The translations under genes and the position numbers were made by a program. Positions 39,604-45,399 of a stretch of 45,399 bases of DNA are shown piece after piece. Source of the DNA: Candidatus Undinarchaeota archaeon (lineage in GTDB: Archaea > SpSt-1190 > JASMDC01); contig CAZFHY010000022.1 of assembly GCA_964519305.1 (NCBI GenBank), positions 1 through 45,399 of the forward strand, given 5' to 3'. The notes under the pieces are model-generated. The model had not been told where the DNA came from and did no database searches. It saw nothing but the letters and a program-made list of their open reading frames with translations. Numbering within the stretch: the stretch's first letter is position 1; the number at the start of each line of letters is the position of its first letter.

Positions 39604-40320
39604 TCACCCGGTCCGGCTCTTTCCCAGATGGTCGTCGATCACAGAGACGGCGTCCACGTCCTCGATCGCTACGCATGCGTCACGTAGCGCGGACAGGATG
39701 GTCGTTGTCACATCGGGCTCGAGATAAGTGAAGGAGCCCCGACCCCACGGTGTCCGTACGGGAGATCCATCTCCCCTATACACCTCCCAGAAGGGTATCC
39801 TCGCGGCAGGGCTCAGGCACAGTGATGTGGAAGGCTCGCCTACGAGAACTTCCCATTGGCCTTCTTCTCCATCCCGTGTCAGGGGTACAGGTCCTTCCAT
39901 GACCTCTTTTACGTGGAGGAAACCGACGATCTGTCGCTCTTCCTCTCCGACCGTGGGTGATCGGGACGTGAGGAACGCGATACCTCCCGTCCGTGCGTTC
40001 CTTAGCGTCATCGGTCGACCGTACACCCGCCGTATCTTGGAGATCCTGATCCCAAAAAGCCAGCACTTGAAGGCTATGCTCTCGAAGCACGGGAAGTCAT
40101 CATCCGAGAGCCCTCCTTCGGAATAGGCTCGGCAATCAGTGGTCGCGTTGGTGCACCACGGACGGGCAGCGGCCAGATTGGTGCCGTGAGCATCGTCCGT
40201 ACACACATCTCGATACTCCTGGTCGTTATGCTCGCACGTGAATACCACGTCCCCATTGTCCAGGACCTCCCTGCGTCCAGGCCAGAGGAGCATTCCCTTC
40301 GAATCGAACTTCATCTCCAT
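39604..40320 (-). CDS. Hypothetical protein with Cys-rich N-terminal half
   Basis: ATG 40320, directly after the Nudix stop (the longer ORF-track version overlaps Nudix). Motifs FTC, DVC, RPWC, DC, FPCFES, AFLTSR..EEERQIVG, FWEVY and WGRGSFTYL. Confidence 0.75.
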   Translation of the reverse strand: MEMKFDSKGMLLWPGRREVLDNGDVVFTCEHNDQEYRDVCTDDAHGTNLAAARPWCTNATTDCRAYSEGGLSDDDFPCFESIAFKCWLFGIRISKIRRVYGRPMTLRNARTGGIAFLTSRSPTVGEEERQIVGFLHVKEVMEGPVPLTRDGEEGQWEVLVGEPSTSLCLSPAARIPFWEVYRGDGSPVRTPWGRGSFTYLEPDVTTTILSALRDACVAIEDVDAVSVIDDHLGKSRTG

Positions 40321-40324
40321 TTCG

Positions 40325-40753
40325 TTACACCGTGTCGCTATGTTCAGGGCCATACCGTTCATCGACGAGTATACGTACCAACGGCCCGTCCGCCGGAGGC
40401 ATCGGGAAGCGGTCCAGTTCGTCCGGTAGGACCCATCGTGACGCAGTGTGCTCCCGCAGCTCAATCTTCCCTTCGAGCCAGGTGACCCGGAATGCCAAGA
40501 GCTCGATGGTAACGTGAGGATAGGCATGGGTGTTACGGTTGATCAGCTCACCGACCTGCACTTCGATAGCCAGCTCTTCGGCCAGCTCACGTCGAAGGCA
40601 TTCCTCGGGCGTCTCTCCCGCTTCGACCGTGCCGCCCGGGAACTCCCAGAGACCACCGAGAGATCCATCATCAGGTCGACGCTGAGCGATGAGGTAACGT
40701 CCTTCTCGCTCGATGACAGCGGCAGTGACCGTCACGACATGTCCCCTGCCCAT
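40325..40753 (-). CDS. Nudix hydrolase, MutT/NudG-like
   Basis: VTAAVIE..YLIAQR, GLWEFPGGTVEAGETPEECLRRELAEEL, HAYP and PPAD. Start taken at ATG 40753. Confidence 0.93.
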   Translation of the reverse strand: MGRGHVVTVTAAVIEREGRYLIAQRRPDDGSLGGLWEFPGGTVEAGETPEECLRRELAEELAIEVQVGELINRNTHAYPHVTIELLAFRVTWLEGKIELREHTASRWVLPDELDRFPMPPADGPLVRILVDERYGPEHSDTV

Positions 40754-40841
40754 GGCACTGGCTGACGTGTAAACACTCAAAAGCTCTCCGGTCATTGCGA
40801 CCGGTCGCACACGATAACGCTCCCGCTAGTGTGTAATAATC

Positions 40842-40887
40842 AAAAAAAAAGGTTAGGTAAGCCCCCGCCCTTATCGGACGGGGGCTT
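40842..40887 (-). terminator. Hairpin plus poly-T downstream of the CxxC-x17-CxxC gene
   Basis: The minus strand reads AAGCCCCCGTCC-GATAA-GGGCGGGGGCTT, followed shortly by a long T run. Confidence 0.75.
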
Positions 40888-40913
40888 TATGCCTTCAATT
40901 TCATTCCATGGAA

Positions 40914-41234
40914 CTAGAATGAATTGCGCCGCTTCTGGAAGCAGTCCCGGCAATAGACGGGCCGCGAACCGTCCGGCTTGAACGGAACCTCCGTGTCCTT
41001 TCCACACTCGGCGCAGACCGTCGAGTGCATCTGTCGAGGACCACGGTCTCCGCCGCCACCACGTCGGGGGGACGAGCCGCGCCTCTTCTGGAAGCAATCT
41101 CGGCAGTAAACTGGCCTGGACCCGTCCGGCTTGAACGGGACCTCGGTCTCTTGACCACATTCAGCACACACAACGGAGTGCATTTCCTTGTTTCCGCGGT
41201 CGAAACCGCGATCGTTATCAAAATCCTCTCCCAT
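40914..41234 (-). CDS. Tandem CxxC-x17-CxxC zinc-ribbon protein
   Basis: Two copies of MHSxVCAECGxxTEVPFKPDGSRPVYCRDCFQKRR separated by an Arg/Gly linker. Confidence 0.93.
   Translation of the reverse strand: MGEDFDNDRGFDRGNKEMHSVVCAECGQETEVPFKPDGSRPVYCRDCFQKRRGSSPRRGGGGDRGPRQMHSTVCAECGKDTEVPFKPDGSRPVYCRDCFQKRRNSF
40932..41183 (-). repeat. 99-nt intragenic direct repeat (40932-41030 and 41085-41183)
   Basis: The two domain-coding copies align without gaps; most differences are synonymous. Confidence 0.85.
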
Positions 41235-41417
41235 TATTATCCAACTCTTTGGGAATTTATTACTCGTATCGAGTGACGGGAAGATTCAACCTGTCCTTAA
41301 TATAGGTTTCCATTGGGTCAGGTCCCTCCCGCGGCATCTTGTCGCTGGGACCACCTGCGGGATACAGTAGAGCGTGAGATGCCATAATCATCTCGCCGTA
41401 CACCATTTGCCCTTGCT

Positions 41418-42359
41418 TCAACTGACGTTCTTGTCCTCCCCTGCTGCCAGGGTGGGACCGATGGGCTCGCTATGATGCTCCGAGGGCATGAGGCCTGCGG
41501 CCATCGCTCCGGTAGTGGCGAGCACGAGACCCGCCCATTGTGAAATGGTCGCAGGGGTACCGATCAGGGTGAAGAGCACGAAACTGACCGCGGGATAGGT
41601 CATGATCATGGTGGTCGCCTTCGTGAGATTGATCTTCGATAGTGCCACGTACCAGAAGGAGAGGCTCATGAAGTGGCAGAACACACCGGTCACCACGAGC
41701 CTCGACATGACTGTCGTGTCCATTGACGGTACGCGTGCTCCTTGAGGTACGAGGATTATCGATGCGATGATCAGGAACACAGTGCTATAGAACAGTCGCG
41801 CGTAGAGCACATCGAACGGTTCGTAGTCCGAGAGCCGTGTACGGTACGTGAGATGGGCGAACTGCCAGGAGAGGGGCACGAGGAGCGCTATGGGCCATAT
41901 CCCGGCCAGCCGGACGGGCTCGCTCGCGATGGCCAGATACGCGCCTGCGACCACGAGGAGGGCAGCACCGACGTTCTTTACACCGATACGTTCGTTCAGT
42001 ACCACCGGCCCGAGCACGAGGGTATAGACGATCTCGGTGAGCAGCAGGACCGATATGGTCGTCCCGGGCACACCGGCATCAGCTAGCCAGGCGATGAGAG
42101 TGAGTGGCACCACGAACCCGAGGACACCTATGAGCATGAAGTACATGACATGGGGCCCGCGCACCACGATACTGATATCGCGCCTTGTGACTGCTCGCCA
42201 TACGATGCAGGCCAGTAATGCTGGGACGAGGGTCGCAAGGGAGAACGTGATCGGATGGAGCCCGGCCTTCAGCTCGTAGGTGAGAACAGGAAGAAGTGCG
42301 GCGCCGAGCACGCTGGCGACGACGGCGAGGGTACCTATGGCCTCGTCCGATAGGGACAT
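41418..42359 (-). CDS. EamA/DMT family transporter
   Basis: About 10 TMs; LGPVVLNERIG, FWYVALSKI and YPAVS. Start moved to ATG 42359, about 25 nt after CGAAGCC-TTTTAAT (probably leaderless). Confidence 0.9.
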   Translation of the reverse strand: MSLSDEAIGTLAVVASVLGAALLPVLTYELKAGLHPITFSLATLVPALLACIVWRAVTRRDISIVVRGPHVMYFMLIGVLGFVVPLTLIAWLADAGVPGTTISVLLLTEIVYTLVLGPVVLNERIGVKNVGAALLVVAGAYLAIASEPVRLAGIWPIALLVPLSWQFAHLTYRTRLSDYEPFDVLYARLFYSTVFLIIASIILVPQGARVPSMDTTVMSRLVVTGVFCHFMSLSFWYVALSKINLTKATTMIMTYPAVSFVLFTLIGTPATISQWAGLVLATTGAMAAGLMPSEHHSEPIGPTLAAGEDKNVS

Positions 42360-42519
42360 CGTCCGACCGGGACCCGGTAAGGGATTAAAAGGCTTCGGAC
42401 GGGGCGATGGACTAACTTCGGCCAATGGATATGATACGTTGTTCTTCAGCCTGGTAGTCGCATCCGCAGCGTTCCCCGTGGTGCCAGACCGCGTCTCATC
42501 GGACGCGTTCACTGGTCCC

Positions 42520-45399
42520 CTAGCTCGATATGCACGACTGCATGCATCCGTTCATGTCCGATGCAGTGCGACATTTGTCCCGACACTGAGTGATGGGATC
42601 TGGCCCTGTGCTTGAGTCCGGTTCATCCGCACCGGCTACGCGCTCATGACGTTTGATACAGAACTGCATGCACGCATCCGCCTCCGCCTGGCCCTTGCAC
42701 TGGTCACGACAGAGGGTGATGGGATCGGGTTCTTCGGGCTCGGACAGGGGCCGGCCGCACACCATGCTGCATGTGTCGTGGCATTCCCTCGTGTCTCCCA
42801 AGATACGCGGACAGTGACCTTCGCACACCGAGCACGGATCGCGGTGGCACGCATCCTCGCATATCCCGCTGCACTCATCCAGGTTGCCGAGCTCGTCCAT
42901 GCAGTCGTCCACGCAGCGATCGCACTGGCTTCCCTCGTCATAGTCGAACTCATTCGCCCCCTCGCACGCAGGCTGACAAGTGTTATGACATTCGGCTGGC
43001 GGGAGGCCATTGATACGGCACCCTTTCTCGCAGATCTCACAGGCATCGACGCCACAGGGGCGCTCACAGATGAATCCGCACTCGGCCCCATCCTCGCCCT
43101 TTGCGAAGCACTCTTCAACGCACTCTCTGCACACGTCTCCAGGTCCGTGTCTTGGTGGGAGGTCGGGCGGCGGGATCCATCGGTCATTATCCATGAACCG
43201 ATCCTCATTCTCATAATCACCCATGTACGGTCTCTCACCACGTGCCTCATCCCTGTCCCGTCCCTCATACTCAGGGAAACGTTCGTCGCTCAGGTCGAGC
43301 TCTCTACACTGAGGACCGCGATCTCCCTTGTCACCTATGCAGTTACCCTCATTGAACGGGTCCACCCACTCGTCCTCGAGGGGACGGTACCTATCGGGAC
43401 ACGGTTGGTCCAGCTCGACCATGCAGGCGGGCGTGTACGCGCCCCTGTCCGGCTGGCAGCATGTCAGGCCGCTCGACTCACGTCCATCTTCATGTCTGGG
43501 CGGCTTGAAACCCCGGAAATCAGCAACCTCGTCCGACATCCGGCAGACCTCACCGCAGATCATCGGGCACATCCCGGGATCGTCGATCTCCTCAGGACAG
43601 TACTCGTTGCACAGCTCGCACGGGCTCTTCCCGCATGTGTCGGCACAGATGAACGCGCACTCTGGACCTTGCTCCTCATCTCCGCACTTCTTGATGCACC
43701 GCTTGCACGGATCGGCGCCACGCAGCGAGAAGTCCTTGCCGAACGAGCGCTTTGAGAAATCCTTTTTTCGGAACCGGTCCTTGTCAAAACGCGGGCCGAT
43801 ATCCTTACCTTCCAAGGACGGACCGAACCTGCGTTCTCCGGGGGGACCACGGCCACGCTCCTCCTTGACGCGCTCGCGAACTTCTGCAAGACGCTCGCCC
43901 TTTGCAAGGATCCTATCGCGCAGGTTCTCCTTGATCTCCATATCGCCGAGCAACTCATCGGCCATGGCATCACGCTCCTTCCGCTTGTTGGCTGCTTCTA
44001 GCTCACGCTGATCACGCTCAATCTTGGCGATCATCTTCATCCCCTTGTACTTCGCCTCTCGTGCGATCCCTTCGGCCTTCTTCAGGAGACGGAAGGCCTC
44101 GGCATAGTCCTCACCATCCGCGTCGTAACCCTCGACCATCGTCTGTGCGCTGTCGACAAACTTCTGGGCGCGCAAGACCTCACCGGAGAACATCTCAAGG
44201 ATGGGCTGGAACTCCTCGGGGACACCGGCCGCCTTCAGTTCGTCAAGGGCGGACACAACACTCGTGATTGTCTTGGTGGCCTTCTCGATCGCGTGCTCGG
44301 TACGCCCGCGCATCTCATGGCCACGCTCGGCGAGCTCCCTCTTGCGGTCGGATATCTTCTTCCTGCGTTCCTTATTCCAGGTGCCCTTGCGCTCTTTGAG
44401 GCGGTCGACGACACCCTTCTCGATATCCTTGGTCGAAAGGGCGCTCACTTCGAGGCCCTCGATTAACAGAAGAGCGCCGACAACCTTGGAGGTGAGCTCC
44501 GGAATGCCGATGACCGTCACTTCCTTGATGCCATGCTTCTCGATGAAAGAGACCACGTTCGGGATCTGACCCTCATTGAGCAGTACCATAGAGGCTGTCG
44601 CCTCGGTACTGGTCGTGAGCGTGATGGAAGCCCGGTAATCCGTTCCTGCGGCGACTACGACCAACCGAGTGAGCTCCTCATCGGGTTGGCTCTTCTGTAG
44701 CTCCTCCACGACCTCCTCCTGGAGCTTCTCGTTTACCTCCTCCACCGTCTCACCAGTGACCACCTCGATGTGAACACCGAGATCATTGAGCACTGTGAGG
44801 ACTCCATCCGCGAATTGTGTGCCGACAAGGGTCACCTTCTGGACGCCGAGCACCTCTAGCGCGTCCTTGGTAGCGGTGGACAGCTCCTCGTTGGAGGTGA
44901 GGAGAATGGGCACAACCCGAGCAGCAGCAAGGGACTTGGCCATTACCAGCTGCGCATGTTCGTCGCCCTCTGCTCCTTCAATGCGGTCATATACCACAAC
45001 CGCCTCGTTGACGCCGGCATCCCATGAGTACGTGGCCAGCTCGGCCGCCGTACCGAACCGCGTCATGCCCCAAAGGCGGATGACATCGAACCCGTCCGCA
45101 ATGAGGCTCTCCTCGATGGCAGGACTGATCACGTACGTCCCACCCAGGATGATTATCTTCTCTGGTCGTTCCTCGGCGATGAAGGCCGCCACGTCCTCGG
45201 GCAAGGCATCGGACGGCGTCAACAGCACGGGTACACCCATCTTCGTGCCGGCCGCTTCGGCCACGATAGCGTCCGGGTAGTTGATAGTCGTGGCAAGGAT
45301 GAGAGCATCGAGTGCACTCCTCCGGATCGAGGAATTTGTGCTGTCGGGTGACCTGACACATGCACCGCTCGAGCACACGGCAGGACCGTTGTCGTAGTA
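42520..45399 (-). CDS. Cell-wall-binding-repeat-2 protein with coiled-coil region and Cys-rich C-terminal repeats (N-terminus outside window)
   Basis: ILATTINYPDAIVA, VPVLLT, IIILGGTYVIS, RLWGMTRFGTA and VPILLT. The frame is open to the window edge (YYDNGPAVC...). The tail is Cys-rich. Confidence 0.87.
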   Translation of the reverse strand, partial: YYDNGPAVCSSGACVRSPDSTNSSIRRSALDALILATTINYPDAIVAEAAGTKMGVPVLLTPSDALPEDVAAFIAEERPEKIIILGGTYVISPAIEESLIADGFDVIRLWGMTRFGTAAELATYSWDAGVNEAVVVYDRIEGAEGDEHAQLVMAKSLAAARVVPILLTSNEELSTATKDALEVLGVQKVTLVGTQFADGVLTVLNDLGVHIEVVTGETVEEVNEKLQEEVVEELQKSQPDEELTRLVVVAAGTDYRASITLTTSTEATASMVLLNEGQIPNVVSFIEKHGIKEVTVIGIPELTSKVVGALLLIEGLEVSALSTKDIEKGVVDRLKERKGTWNKERRKKISDRKRELAERGHEMRGRTEHAIEKATKTITSVVSALDELKAAGVPEEFQPILEMFSGEVLRAQKFVDSAQTMVEGYDADGEDYAEAFRLLKKAEGIAREAKYKGMKMIAKIERDQRELEAANKRKERDAMADELLGDMEIKENLRDRILAKGERLAEVRERVKEERGRGPPGERRFGPSLEGKDIGPRFDKDRFRKKDFSKRSFGKDFSLRGADPCKRCIKKCGDEEQGPECAFICADTCGKSPCELCNEYCPEEIDDPGMCPMICGEVCRMSDEVADFRGFKPPRHEDGRESSGLTCCQPDRGAYTPACMVELDQPCPDRYRPLEDEWVDPFNEGNCIGDKGDRGPQCRELDLSDERFPEYEGRDRDEARGERPYMGDYENEDRFMDNDRWIPPPDLPPRHGPGDVCRECVEECFAKGEDGAECGFICERPCGVDACEICEKGCRINGLPPAECHNTCQPACEGANEFDYDEGSQCDRCVDDCMDELGNLDECSGICEDACHRDPCSVCEGHCPRILGDTRECHDTCSMVCGRPLSEPEEPDPITLCRDQCKGQAEADACMQFCIKRHERVAGADEPDSSTGPDPITQCRDKCRTASDMNGCMQSCISS

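Noticed and set aside
40932-41183. Direct repeats as a CRISPR array or mobile-element ends
   Set aside because: Two in-frame 99-nt copies encoding a duplicated protein domain; no spacers, cas genes or transposase.
41321-41395. Overlapping stems (GGTCCC/GGGACC, TCCCGCGG/CTGCGGGA, GAGATG/CATCTC) as a tRNA, pseudoknot or ncRNA
   Set aside because: No cloverleaf or T-loop consensus, loop geometry is poor for an H-type pseudoknot, and short GC stems are common at this composition.
42403-42445. GGCGATGG resembling the start of a fluoride riboswitch near the EamA gene
   Set aside because: The rest of the consensus is missing and it is on the strand opposite to the transporter.
42520-43710. Multiheme cytochrome or polyferredoxin
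   Set aside because: No CxxCH motifs, and the spacing does not fit CxxCxxCxxxCP.

Overview
About 45 kb of GC-rich archaeal chromosome, judged from a group II chaperonin (thermosome), a single-domain KaiC/RecA ATPase, an M42/TET peptidase, BRE-TATA promoters, GGTGA-type ribosome-binding sites and several apparently leaderless genes. Some repeat motifs resemble those I associate with DPANN-type archaea (inference). The first ~20.6 kb is a cell-surface island. It holds a >1,750-aa secreted Cys-rich protein that the ORF track misses because it runs off the left edge. Divergent from it is an operon of membrane-anchored proteins, including two tandem ~1,100-aa paralogs with a Cys-stapled six-hairpin (alpha/alpha barrel)-like head on Ig-like and Pro/Thr stalks, an HD hydrolase and a 26-aa Cys-repeat protein. 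The island ends with a four-gene glycosylation module: GT-C, polyprenol-P GT2, a DegT-fold enzyme with His in place of the PLP Lys plus an E1/RfbH-like Cys cluster, and an SDR. The rest is mostly housekeeping: thermosome followed by a MoxR-DUF58-VWA (Bat-like) cluster, a TET peptidase with an altered metal site, PIG-L deacetylase plus PfkB kinase, KaiC-like ATPase plus membrane partner, class II amidotransferase, acetyl-CoA synthetase, CPA1 antiporter, DedA, Nudix, CxxC-x17-CxxC protein, EamA, and a partial cell-wall-binding-2 protein with an unusual Cys-rich tail. I found no rRNA, tRNA, CRISPR array or mobile element. All family calls come from motif recognition by eye; no searches were run.
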